Origin: Deltaproteobacteria bacterium | Lineage (GTDB): Bacteria > Desulfobacterota > WTBG01 > CAIYCZ01 > CAIRTM01 | DNA length: 47,149 nucleotides | Direction: 5' to 3' | NCBI GenBank assembly: GCA_016932595.1 | Contig: JAFGCP010000019.1 | Span: 1-47,149 of the forward strand | Notes under the pieces: model-generated | The model's input: only the letters and a program-made list of their open reading frames with translations | What the model was told of the DNA's origin: nothing | The model's database searches: none | Part shown: positions 28,192-37,033 of the stretch, piece by piece | Position numbering within the stretch: the stretch's first letter is position 1 | How the letters are laid out: each line of letters opens with the position of its first letter | Translations under genes and position numbers: made by a program

Positions 28192-28710
28192 TCAGTAATA
28201 TCTTGATGTTACAGCCTGCCAGGTACCCTGAGCTTTCATAATCATATCGCACACTTCCCGTACAGCCCCATCACCGCCGGCATGCCGTGTCGTATAATGG
28301 GCCAGCAGACGAACCTCATCGACCGCTCCAGGAACGGCAACCGCTAACCCCGACCGGCGCAAAAGAGGCGCATCGGGCAAATCGTCGCCAACCGCACAAA
28401 TATCCTCATCGGCAAGGCTTTTCCGGGCGATAATTTCCTCATAGGCCTCAATCTTGTTTAAGGCTTTTTGATAGACCATTTCTATGCCCAGATTGGCTGC
28501 CCGGTGCCCGACAGCCTTTGACATCCGGCCGGTAATTATCGCAACGTCTATACCGGTACGCATAAGCATCTTGATGCCATGCCCGTCGCGGCTGTCGAAA
28601 AACTTCAGCTCTTCGCCGCTGTCAGTATAAACAACCTTGCCGTCAGTCATGACGCCGTCGACATCAAGGATGAGCAGTTTAATTTTTTTTGCCTTGTGCG
28701 AGATATCCAA
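28192..28710 (-). CDS. kdsC: KDO 8-phosphate phosphatase
   Basis: HAD motif IKLLILDVDGVMTDG ... GDDLPD. Confidence 0.92.
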   Translation of the reverse strand: MDISHKAKKIKLLILDVDGVMTDGKVVYTDSGEELKFFDSRDGHGIKMLMRTGIDVAIITGRMSKAVGHRAANLGIEMVYQKALNKIEAYEEIIARKSLADEDICAVGDDLPDAPLLRRSGLAVAVPGAVDEVRLLAHYTTRHAGGDGAVREVCDMIMKAQGTWQAVTSRYY

Positions 28711-28729
28711 CGGAAAATGTCCTCAAGAA

Positions 28730-29692
28730 TCAGACAACACCGGCCTTCAGTATATCATGAAGGTGAATCAGACCTTCAACCTTTTTCGGCACCGACTCCG
28801 AAAGCACAAAAAGCGATGTAATCGCATGCCGCTCCATCAGCCGGAGCGCAGTGGCGGCAAGAGCCGTTTTTGTTATGGTTTTTGGCGACAGGGTCATAAC
28901 GTCGCGGGCTTTTTTTGCCAGAACATCACTGCGCTTTTCAAGATTCCGGCGCAAATCACCGTCTGTTATGACGCCGGTAAAATTACCGTCGGTGTCGCAT
29001 ACGCCGGTTATGCCGAGCCGTTTTGATGTCATCTCGATAAGCGCGATGCTCATCGAATCGTCCTGCGAAACCATGGGGACGGCATCTTTTACATGCATCA
29101 GGTCCTCGACACGCAAAAGCAGTTTCTTGCCGAGCGCACCGCCGGGATGCAGCAGGGCGAAATCTTCTTCTTTGAAACCGCGGCGCTCAAGCACGGTTAT
29201 GGCAAGGGCATCACCCATAGCCATGGTGGCAGCCGTTGAAGCGGTAGGAACGAGGTTTAAAACACAGGCTTCCTCTGTAACCCCGATATCAAGAACGACA
29301 TCGCCGTTGCGCGCAAGCACAGATTCAGCATTGCCCGTCAGCACGATAAGGGGCAGGCCCATGCGCTTCACCACCGGCAGCACCTTGAGAACTTCATCAG
29401 TCTCGCCGCTATTGGATATGGCAAGCACCACATCATCCTGAGACATCATGCCGATATCTCCATGCATGCCCTCGGCAGGGTGTAAAAAAAAGGCCGGCGT
29501 TCCCGAGCAGGCAAACGTAGAAGCGATTTTCCGACCGATGATGCCGGATTTCCCGATACCGGTGACGATCACCTTGCCGCTGCAGGCAAGCAGCATATTC
29601 ACCGCTTGAATGAAATTCTCATCGAGTCTATCCTGCAATTTCAGTATCGAATCGGCTTCGATTGCAAAAACTTTCTTCGCACGTTCCAGCAC
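28730..29692 (-). CDS. kdsD: arabinose-5-phosphate isomerase (SIS + tandem CBS)
   Basis: VIVTGIGKSGIIGRKIASTFACSGTPAFFLHPAEGMHGDIG, followed by a CBS pair. Confidence 0.93.
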   Translation of the reverse strand: MLERAKKVFAIEADSILKLQDRLDENFIQAVNMLLACSGKVIVTGIGKSGIIGRKIASTFACSGTPAFFLHPAEGMHGDIGMMSQDDVVLAISNSGETDEVLKVLPVVKRMGLPLIVLTGNAESVLARNGDVVLDIGVTEEACVLNLVPTASTAATMAMGDALAITVLERRGFKEEDFALLHPGGALGKKLLLRVEDLMHVKDAVPMVSQDDSMSIALIEMTSKRLGITGVCDTDGNFTGVITDGDLRRNLEKRSDVLAKKARDVMTLSPKTITKTALAATALRLMERHAITSLFVLSESVPKKVEGLIHLHDILKAGVV

Positions 29693-29695
29693 TGT

Positions 29696-30520
29696 CTACC
29701 TCTTCCCTGCTGTATAAATATTCACAATTTGCCTGAGCAGCTCCGGCAGATCGCTCATCAACACGGAGTTCGGGCCGTCGCACAGTGCTGCATCAGGATT
29801 TTCATGCACTTCCAGAAACAGTGCGTCGATGCCTGCTGCAGCGGCAGCACGCGCCAGCGGCGCGACAAACTGCCGGTCTCCTCCTGAAGCAGCACCCTGC
29901 CCTCCCGGCAGCTGAACGCTGTGCGTAGCGTCAAAAACAACAGGATATCCCATGGCGCGCATGATACCCAGGCCGCGCATGTCAACCACGAGGTTATTAT
30001 ACCCGAAACAGGTCCCCCGCTCAGTCACCATGATGTTCCGGTTACCGGTTGATACAGCCTTGTCGATTACGGGCATTATATCATGAGGGGCGAGAAACTG
30101 CCCTTTTTTAATATTGACTGTTTTTCCTGCACGGGCAACCTCGATTATAAAATCGGTCTGACGGCATAAAAATGCCGGAACCTGCAGCACATCAAGCACC
30201 CCGGCTGCCGGTCCTATTTCTTCAAAACGATGGACATCGGAAAGAACCGGAAGGTTGAAGGCATCTTTTATCCCCTTGAGAATATCCAGGCCCTGCTTCA
30301 TGCCGGGTCCGCGATAAGAATTAAGAGACGTGCGGTTGGCCTTATCATAGGATGCTTTAAAAACAAGCGGTATGCCGGCTTCAGCAGCAATGGCCTTGAG
30401 TCTTTCAGCAGCTGCAAAAGCCTCTTTTTTTCCTTCAATAACGCAGGGGCCGGCTATAAGCGCCAGGGGGTTTCCTCCGCCTATAGTCACAGAACCAACC
30501 TTAATTTCACGTGTAGTCAT
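29696..30520 (-). CDS. kdsA: 2-dehydro-3-deoxyphosphooctonate aldolase (KDO8P synthase)
   Basis: LALIAGPCVIE ... FKASYDKANRTS ... VFDATHSVQLPGG. Confidence 0.95.
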   Translation of the reverse strand: MTTREIKVGSVTIGGGNPLALIAGPCVIEGKKEAFAAAERLKAIAAEAGIPLVFKASYDKANRTSLNSYRGPGMKQGLDILKGIKDAFNLPVLSDVHRFEEIGPAAGVLDVLQVPAFLCRQTDFIIEVARAGKTVNIKKGQFLAPHDIMPVIDKAVSTGNRNIMVTERGTCFGYNNLVVDMRGLGIMRAMGYPVVFDATHSVQLPGGQGAASGGDRQFVAPLARAAAAAGIDALFLEVHENPDAALCDGPNSVLMSDLPELLRQIVNIYTAGKR

Positions 30521-30562
30521 AGCGCTGACCTTTAAAAATACGGCTTAGATGTAAAGTCCGGC

Positions 30563-31303
30563 TCATCCCGCCATTCCCTGCTGATGCAAAAAACTTTCAA
30601 CCATGGCAATGTCCTCGGGCGCGTCAACCCCTATGGGCTCATAATCGGTTTCTGCAACATAAATAGTAAACCCATTTTCAAGGGCCCGCAACTGCTCGAG
30701 GCTTTCAGCCTTTTCAAGCTCGGATTGCGGCAGGCCGGTTAAGTGAAGCAGAAAATCCCGGCGATACACGTAGAGCCCGATATGGCGATACAGAGCGGCG
30801 CCTGCAGTGCGGCTGCGGAAAAACGGTATCGGGGAACGGGAAAAATAAAGAGCTCTGCCGCGGGCATCCGTTACGACCTTGACAACATTAGGGTTTGCCA
30901 TATCCTGATCGGTTTTGATCTTTGCTTTTAGAGTGCCCATGGGAATGCGTTCATCCGCCAGCAGGGGCCGGACAGCCAGATCAATAGTCTGGGGCTGCAG
31001 CAAAGGTTCATCACCCTGCACATTGACAATAAGGTCGGCTTCCATAGCCTGAGCTGCCTCCGCAATACGGTCGGTTCCGGTTTCATGCCTCTCAGAGGTC
31101 AAGCATACTTCTCCGCCAAAAGCCTGAACCGCCCGGACAATCGCGGCACTGTCGGTTGCGACAACCACCCGGTCAAGCACTGCGCATCTGCGGGTGTTTT
31201 CATAGACATGCTGAATCATCGGCTTGCCGCAAATGCTGGCCAGCGGTTTGCCGGGAAACCGTGTAGATGCATAGCGCGCAGGTATGACCGCAACGATCTT
31301 CAT
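30563..31303 (-). CDS. kdsB: 3-deoxy-manno-octulosonate cytidylyltransferase
   Basis: [21 protein letters not shown] ... NVQGDEPL. Confidence 0.95.
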   Translation of the reverse strand: MKIVAVIPARYASTRFPGKPLASICGKPMIQHVYENTRRCAVLDRVVVATDSAAIVRAVQAFGGEVCLTSERHETGTDRIAEAAQAMEADLIVNVQGDEPLLQPQTIDLAVRPLLADERIPMGTLKAKIKTDQDMANPNVVKVVTDARGRALYFSRSPIPFFRSRTAGAALYRHIGLYVYRRDFLLHLTGLPQSELEKAESLEQLRALENGFTIYVAETDYEPIGVDAPEDIAMVESFLHQQGMAG

Positions 31304-31515
31304 GGCTATGTAGTTAATAATACGATAATTTTAATAAATTAAATAAAGTAGTATAGTTTAATTGAACTTCCAAGGCAAGAATAAAAGGATAGAAAAGCAA
31401 CGGTGAATTAAGCCAAATTAAGGAGACTCAGAGGCGATCAGGGCCGATTCAAACAAGGCATCGCAGCATCATACTGCAGGAGGAAAAAGCATGGCATCGA
31501 GCGATGATCGGGATA

Positions 31516-31935
31516 CTAGACGGTGCCTTTTTGCGTCTCTCTGTCTTTATGTATGCTACGCTGCAAATACTTCATGGTCGCTTTCATCAGATGGGATTTT
31601 TTGAAGGGTTTATTCACATATCCCTCATACAGGCCGTTGATCCGGTCCTCTACCTCCCCATGTTCATGACTGGTAATGACAACAATAGGAATATCTTTCA
31701 CATCTTTGTCATTTTTGAGGATAGCTGCAACCTCATATCCGTTTAACAACGGCATCTGTATATCCAGCAATATCAAATCGAATATGCAGGTACGGACCAT
31801 CTCAACTGCTTCCTGTCCGTTAACAGCCTCAATCAGCTCAAAGTTATAATCCTCGTAAAAAGATTTTATCAAATCACGGATGACGAAATTGTCATCGGCA
31901 ATCAGTATGCGCGGCTTTATAAAATTTCCAGCCAT
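31516..31935 (-). CDS. single-domain CheY-like response-regulator receiver
   Basis: 139 aa. ILIADDNFVIRDL ... DLILLDIQMPLLNGYEV ... NKPF. Confidence 0.88.
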   Translation of the reverse strand: MAGNFIKPRILIADDNFVIRDLIKSFYEDYNFELIEAVNGQEAVEMVRTCIFDLILLDIQMPLLNGYEVAAILKNDKDVKDIPIVVITSHEHGEVEDRINGLYEGYVNKPFKKSHLMKATMKYLQRSIHKDRETQKGTV

Positions 31936-32023
31936 AACAATCCGTTAATCAGCGCTCTATGCAAAAGTTAAGAAACAAGGGCACGGTAGCAGTGACGGTA
32001 TGAGCAAATCAGCGAGCTCCTGC

Positions 32024-32055
32024 AATAAAAAACCCCTCCTGAAAATACGGAGAGG
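32024..32055 (-). terminator. intrinsic terminator (expression platform of the candidate riboswitch)
   Basis: The minus strand reads CCUCUCC-guauuuuca-GGAGGGG followed by UUUUUUAUU. Confidence 0.7.
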
Positions 32056-32074
32056 CCGGGTGTGATACATTAAT

Positions 32075-32160
32075 TTCACTACCGGCAGCCCCGCTGTCCT
32101 TACATTTCAGGACCGGTAACTTTGCGACCTACTCTTACGAAGTAGTGTGCTCTTTTCGGT
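32075..32160 (-). promoter_or_regulatory. candidate c-di-GMP-I (GEMM-I) riboswitch aptamer
   Basis: The minus strand reads AAAAGAGCACA CUACUUC-GUAA-GAGUAG GUCGCAAAG UUACCGGUCCU-GAAAUGUA-AGGAC AGCGGGGCUGCCGGUAG. It matches the remembered GEMM-I layout: GNRA-capped hairpin, CGCAAAG junction and AGCGGGG-N3-CCG. Confidence 0.6.
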
Positions 32161-32175
32161 TTTGTACTTTGAAAA

Positions 32176-32204
32176 AGTTTATTTATATTCAGTTGCTATT
32201 ACAA
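32176..32204 (-). promoter_or_regulatory. sigma-70-like promoter for the riboswitch leader
   Basis: TTGTAA-N17-TAAACT on the minus strand, inside an AT-rich stretch just upstream of the aptamer. Confidence 0.4.
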
Positions 32205-32522
32205 TACATGCTACTGATGCATATAGAAACTATTATAACATATTAAACTTCAGGTCAATAACTTTTATGCTTTATGTATATTTAAATTAAGGATGCCCAA
32301 ATTGAACCTGTGAAAACATGAACCATCCACGTGCGCCCCAAGTTTACTTCAACCCTTGATTTTTCAGTATATGTATGTGGCGCATACAGATGTTAAAAAA
32401 TGCAAGTTGCAGTCATGTGTGGCGGCTTTCAGCATATGTCTATGACCGACTGCATGGCGCAACATAGCATAAAGGCTTAAAAATTCCGGCACGTTTTCAA
32501 TTAAACCAAGTCAAAGATATGC

Positions 32523-33185
32523 TCATGCCTGCATGCCAAGATGCCTGCCGGTATCATAACAGCGCTGCAGCAATTCCCGATTGCGGCAGCTGTCGCCAAC
32601 GGCAAGGTATGCGGGAAGGCCTAATTTTTCATACAGGGCTGCAAGCTCGCCTGCCGGCCTTGCCACTTGTCCGGCAACGGCAAGCCTGGTGCCTGAAATA
32701 ACCTCGAGAGTAGTATCATTGCCGAGTATACCGGTCATAAATTTAAAAAGTTCTATCACGGGCTGAGCATCTGCCGCGTCTGATGATCCCATGCTCAGCA
32801 GCAGCACAAAGCTCTTGCTCCAGGGCTGCCATGGCGTGTGCCGGATGCTCTCCGGCGTAAGCTGCACTTGAATAAATGAGCGGAAACGATCGATAATTTT
32901 TTTAAGCGGGGCGGTAAGATGATGAAAGTAGACAGGAGAAGCAAAAACCAGGGCATCAGCAGCCAGAATCTTTTCACTCAGAGCTTGCCAGTCATCTCCG
33001 CTCAGCGCGCAGCGCCTGAGCACATTGCAGCGCAGGCAGCCCGCGCAGTATTTAAGATTCAAATCCTGGGCGACAAGCACCTCGGCCTGCCCGCCGGCGT
33101 CACGCACGCCGCGCAGCAGCTCTGCCAGCAGCAGCGATGTGTTGCCTTTTCTGCGGGGGCTCCCGTTAAAAGCAAGAACGTTCAT
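32523..33185 (-). CDS. iron-sulfur flavoprotein-like NAD(P)H-dependent FMN reductase
   Basis: MNVLAFNGSPRRKGNTS (flavodoxin-like) plus the compact motif CAGCLRCNVLRRC (CX2CX2CX5C) typical of Isf proteins. Confidence 0.8.
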   Translation of the reverse strand: MNVLAFNGSPRRKGNTSLLLAELLRGVRDAGGQAEVLVAQDLNLKYCAGCLRCNVLRRCALSGDDWQALSEKILAADALVFASPVYFHHLTAPLKKIIDRFRSFIQVQLTPESIRHTPWQPWSKSFVLLLSMGSSDAADAQPVIELFKFMTGILGNDTTLEVISGTRLAVAGQVARPAGELAALYEKLGLPAYLAVGDSCRNRELLQRCYDTGRHLGMQA

Positions 33186-33194
33186 AGTCCAAAC

Positions 33195-33564
33195 TCAGGC
33201 ATTTTTGATAAATGATGTGTCCTTGAAATAGTCGCTGAGGGACACAATGCGGCTGCCGGAGAAATGCATAAAGGTCAGGCCGCGGTTGCGGTATGGATCG
33301 CCTTCAGCCGTCTGCCCCTCATTGGTCCATACAACACAGGCCCGCTCCGCATCGGCCAAAACTTCCTGAACCGTAAACACAAGCCGCGAATATTTCGCGA
33401 AACAGCAGTTTCAAAAAAAGAAGCATCCGCCTCGACCCGTCGATGGCGCCGGCACCCGGGAAATCGAAGGCAACGTCAGGGGCAAGATGAAGCTCCAGAT
33501 CAGTAAAATCGCGTTTATTCATGGCATCAAAAAAAGTTCTAGCCTGCAGCACGGGTGTTGACAT
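33195..33564 (-). pseudogene. SnoaL/NTF2-like protein interrupted by a 1-nt frameshift
   Basis: An AGGAGAG RBS precedes the ATG at 33564. MSTPVLQARTFFDAMNKRDFTDLELHLAPDVAFDFPGAG... continues in the +1 frame as KYSRLVFTVQEVLADAERACVVWTNEGQTAEGDPYRNRGLTFMHFSGSRIVSLSDYF. The junction is at about 33385-33400. Confidence 0.6.
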
Positions 33565-33690
33565 GCCTGCTCTCCTGTTGTCTGCAATCCTTTGTGCGGA
33601 CATGGCTGGCCCGCATGCATGAGATGTGCTATACATCTAGCATAAACAATCGTTGAATACCACCTGCGGATTATCCCGCAAAGGGGCTGT

Positions 33691-34770
33691 ATGACTCGAA
33701 CAATGCAATATATAGCTTTTTATTCAGTCTTTTTTACCTTGCTCTGGGCCATGCATCTGTATGTAGGGCTGCGTTTGGGCCGGCTGTACGGCTGTCAGAA
33801 CACATGGGCGCTCATCAGCGCCTTCACGCTTGCAGCCCTGAGCTTTCCCGCCTTCAGCCTTTTGGAAAAATTCAACCCGACGACATTCTCCATGGTTCTC
33901 TACGGCGCAGCATCAGTCTGGCTGGGCATGGTATTTCTACTGCTGAGCATACTGCTTGTCTATGAAGTGCTCCGCCTTTTCATGCCGCTGCAGTCGAAAA
34001 CGGCCGCTTACGGCATTACCGGTATAGCAGCCGCACTTTCCATATACGGCGTTGTCAACGCGCTTTTTTTAACGGTTAAAACTGTCGACATTCCCATGCC
34101 GGGGCTGCAAAAACCCATCAAAATCGTTCAGCTGTCAGACATTCATGTCGGCACTATACACAATTCCGGTTTTCTCACCCGCATCGTTGACAAAACTAAC
34201 GCCCTTGCTCCCGACCTTGTGCTCATAACCGGCGATCTGTTCGACGGTATCGGGCCCGTTACCAGGCATACCGTCCAGCCTCTGGCAAAAATCAAAACAA
34301 AAACATATTTTGTTATCGGCAATCATGAGCGGTATGACGATATGGGGAAAATACAGTCCATCCTTCCGGACACCGGAGTCGAAATACTGCGAAACCGCAT
34401 AGTGAATTTCCGGGATGTGCAGATCGTGGGCGTCGATGCTGCCAGCAGGGACGGTGAAAAGGGAAACCCTGTGGTCGGCACGCTGCCGATAGACCGCACA
34501 AGGCCTTCCATACTTATGTTTCATGTGCCTGTGGGCATAGAAGACGCTGCCAAAGCCGGCATCAAGCTTCAACTTTCGGGCCACACGCATAACGGCCAGC
34601 TGTTTCCCTTTACGCTGTTTGCAAAGATGCTCTACGGCCATGTACAGGGCCTCTACACCATAAACGGCATGCGCCTGTATGTTTCACCGGGAACTGGCAC
34701 CTGGGGACCGCCCATGCGCATCGGGTCAAGCAATGAAATAACCCTCATTAATCTCCTGCCGGAACACTAG
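33691..34770 (+). CDS. membrane-anchored metallophosphoesterase (calcineurin-like)
   Basis: Four N-terminal TM segments, then QLSDIHVG, ITGDLFDG, IGNHE, SGHTHNGQ. Confidence 0.88.
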   Translation: MTRTMQYIAFYSVFFTLLWAMHLYVGLRLGRLYGCQNTWALISAFTLAALSFPAFSLLEKFNPTTFSMVLYGAASVWLGMVFLLLSILLVYEVLRLFMPLQSKTAAYGITGIAAALSIYGVVNALFLTVKTVDIPMPGLQKPIKIVQLSDIHVGTIHNSGFLTRIVDKTNALAPDLVLITGDLFDGIGPVTRHTVQPLAKIKTKTYFVIGNHERYDDMGKIQSILPDTGVEILRNRIVNFRDVQIVGVDAASRDGEKGNPVVGTLPIDRTRPSILMFHVPVGIEDAAKAGIKLQLSGHTHNGQLFPFTLFAKMLYGHVQGLYTINGMRLYVSPGTGTWGPPMRIGSSNEITLINLLPEH

Positions 34771-34784
34771 CCCACTGCGCGCAT

Positions 34785-34820
34785 AAAAAAAAGGGCGTCC
34801 GCTGCGACGAAAGCCCTTTC
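34785..34820. terminator. bidirectional intrinsic terminator between convergent genes
   Basis: AAAAAAAAGGGC-N16-GCCCTTTC. There is an A-run on one side and a T-run on the other. Confidence 0.65.
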
Positions 34821-34839
34821 ATCATGCACCTGTGTTTTT

Positions 34840-36723
34840 TTACTGCTGCGGCTTATGCCGTATGGTCTCTATATACTGTTCAAATTTAAATTTCGGGTCA
34901 TCATCGGGCCCATGACAGGTTCGGCATATCTGCTCGACAACACAGCTGTCGCATGAACCGCCCAGGCCGACGATATAGTCCTGCCCCTTTTTCTCGGGAT
35001 TCTGTATATGCCGCTCGCCAGGACCGTGACAGGCCTCGCACTGAACACCCTCTCTGCCGGGGGCTGGATAACCGCCGGGACTGCCCGAACCCGTAGTAAA
35101 CCGATATTTTTTCTCCGGCGGCGCCGCTGCAGCCGCCGGAGAATGTGCTACAGCCGCATGGGCTGTTGTTGACCACTGTGCATACTCATGCTCATGGCAT
35201 TTTTTGCATGATTCCGCCCCGATATACGCAGCCGGATTTCCGAAAAGATCATTTTTCCGCTTATGCTCGCTTAGCAGTTTCACCCGCTGCTCCCGGCTCA
35301 TGGATGCAATGCCGGATGCAGCGCTATGCAAAACTTTCGGAAAGCGGCGGGCGAAATTGAAGTTGAGCGATTCCTTTTCCGTATGGCAGGACAGGCACAG
35401 GGCCTTCCATTCTTCTGAACTTTTCTTGTGCGGCTTTATGCCGGTAAATGCCGCGCAGGCTTCATAGCCGGGGCCATGGCAGGATTCGCACTGTACGCCT
35501 TCTAAGAAGCGTCTATTCATTTTGTCATTAATCGCATAGCCGCCTTGCTGACCCCAGCCCGTTACATGACAGCTGACGCATGCAGGGTCATCCTCCCTGC
35601 CTTTGCGGTACACAGATTTAAATGCATCGGCGTGTCCGGTAAGGCTCCACTGTATATGCTCCTTTTCGTGACAAATTACGCAACGGTCCTGGCCAGAATA
35701 GCCTTTGGGATTTAACAGAGGCTTATTCGGCAAACCGCACAGTTTGCGCAACTCCATAAAATACAAATCCATCATCCTGCCTGAAAAGCCTGTATGCTTG
35801 GCATAAATACGGCCAGAACGGTCTATGATAAACCCCATCGGCACAGAGCCGGCAAAAGACGGAAACAAAGAAGAAATGCTGTTGTCCGTATCCGCTATAA
35901 CAGGAAAAGAATAGCGCTGCTGCTTGATGAACAGGTTTGTCTGCTCCTGATTGAAACGGCTCACGGCAACAACAAAAAACTTGCCCTTGAATTCATCTCC
36001 CATAAGCAGGCTGTTAAGAAAGGCCAGTTCATCACGGCAATGGCCGCAGGTTGGCGACATGAACACAATAACAACAGGCATCATGGCGTACAGCTCTTGT
36101 ATGCTCATCTTCGTGCCATCGAGTTTCGGCAGATCAAAAACAGGGGCCATCGGCCTGTCGCCAAGAACAGGCTCGTCAGCGGGGATAAAGCCCGTCTTGA
36201 TGCTGCGATTGACGAAAACATGCAACGCCTGCGTGAAATTTTTCTGCGGCGGAATATTTACAGCAGCCAGGCTGCTCATGAGTCCGCCCTGTTTGTTAAA
36301 TATATACAGAGAAAGATCACCCGCTAGATTCAGGCTTTTAGCTGCCACTTTTGGGTTTTCAAGCAGCAGGGGGAAAGTGGCGTTATGATTCTGGTTGAAT
36401 TTAACAACTTCATCAGTGCGGTTGTCATTGATATTGAGGCCCAGCACCTCGAAATTATATTCTCCTCTGATGCGATACATGTCCTGCATAAACTTGACAG
36501 CCTCGCCCGCGCGGGGATTGTCGATGGAATAGGCAAGCAGCAGAATTGTTTTGCCCTTGAAGCGCTCCGCATCAAAAGGCGCGGACACCGGCTGATGAGG
36601 CACAATGCGCTTGACGGGGGCAGGAACATTGACGGGAGGACGAGCAAAGGGTTGTGAATAAACGCTCTCCGCGGTGGGGAATACTAACCATAATAGAACA
36701 GCCGCAACAATTTTTTTTCTCAT
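34840..36723 (-). CDS. periplasmic fusion: two TlpA/thioredoxin-like domains + heptahaem cytochrome c
   Basis: 627 aa with a signal peptide. The second redoxin domain carries CGHC (SPTCGHCRDE). The first has no CxxC. The C-terminal half has seven CxxCH motifs: CVICH, CVSCH, CESCH, CLSCH, CKKCH, CEACH, CRTCH. Confidence 0.85.
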   Translation of the reverse strand: MRKKIVAAVLLWLVFPTAESVYSQPFARPPVNVPAPVKRIVPHQPVSAPFDAERFKGKTILLLAYSIDNPRAGEAVKFMQDMYRIRGEYNFEVLGLNINDNRTDEVVKFNQNHNATFPLLLENPKVAAKSLNLAGDLSLYIFNKQGGLMSSLAAVNIPPQKNFTQALHVFVNRSIKTGFIPADEPVLGDRPMAPVFDLPKLDGTKMSIQELYAMMPVVIVFMSPTCGHCRDELAFLNSLLMGDEFKGKFFVVAVSRFNQEQTNLFIKQQRYSFPVIADTDNSISSLFPSFAGSVPMGFIIDRSGRIYAKHTGFSGRMMDLYFMELRKLCGLPNKPLLNPKGYSGQDRCVICHEKEHIQWSLTGHADAFKSVYRKGREDDPACVSCHVTGWGQQGGYAINDKMNRRFLEGVQCESCHGPGYEACAAFTGIKPHKKSSEEWKALCLSCHTEKESLNFNFARRFPKVLHSAASGIASMSREQRVKLLSEHKRKNDLFGNPAAYIGAESCKKCHEHEYAQWSTTAHAAVAHSPAAAAAPPEKKYRFTTGSGSPGGYPAPGREGVQCEACHGPGERHIQNPEKKGQDYIVGLGGSCDSCVVEQICRTCHGPDDDPKFKFEQYIETIRHKPQQ

Positions 36724-36899
36724 GAGAACACATCCTTAACAAGGTAATTTAGAAAACACTATAATTACTAGCGTTTTTTTTGTCAAGCAGGCGTGATGTA
36801 ACAGCGGGCATGATGTGCGCAGACAGCTGCTAACTAAGTCTTTGAATTCCGGCTCACCACGAGCAGCACAATCGCAATAAGTGGCGTCCTGATGGGCGA

Positions 36900-36928
36900 T
36901 TGCAAATAAGGATCATTTAGTGTATAAA
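36900..36928 (+). promoter_or_regulatory. sigma-70-like promoter TTGCAA-N17-TATAAA
   Basis: The hexamers have exact 17-nt spacing and lie 105 nt upstream of the ATG at 37034. Confidence 0.45.
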
Positions 36929-36944
36929 ATACAAGTACGGAACC

Positions 36945-36984
36945 GGACACTTTTTCTGCAATTCAAAAGAAAAGTGTCCTTTTT
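36945..36984 (+). terminator. leader hairpin + T-run (attenuator-like) between promoter and CDS
   Basis: GGACACTTTT (36945-54) pairs with AAAAGTGTCC (36970-79). The loop is 15 nt. TTTTTATT follows. Confidence 0.4.
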
Positions 36985-37033
36985 ATTCAGGCGCGACCAG
37001 GAAATCCGAACACATATTTTGAAAGGAACCGGT

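Noticed and set aside
32024-32160. Considered SRP (4.5S) RNA or 6S RNA for the structured minus-strand RNA ending in a terminator
   Set aside because: It lacks the conserved SRP domain IV sequence (GGUCCGGAAGGAAGCAGCC-like). It is also too short, and lacks the large central bubble, for 6S RNA. The CGCAAAG / AGCGGGG..CCG motifs fit GEMM-I better.
33319-33636. Programmed ribosomal frameshifting as an explanation for the split SnoaL-like gene
   Set aside because: I see no slippery heptamer or downstream pseudoknot. An indel, whether a mutation or a sequencing error, near the palindrome/homopolymer is a simpler explanation.
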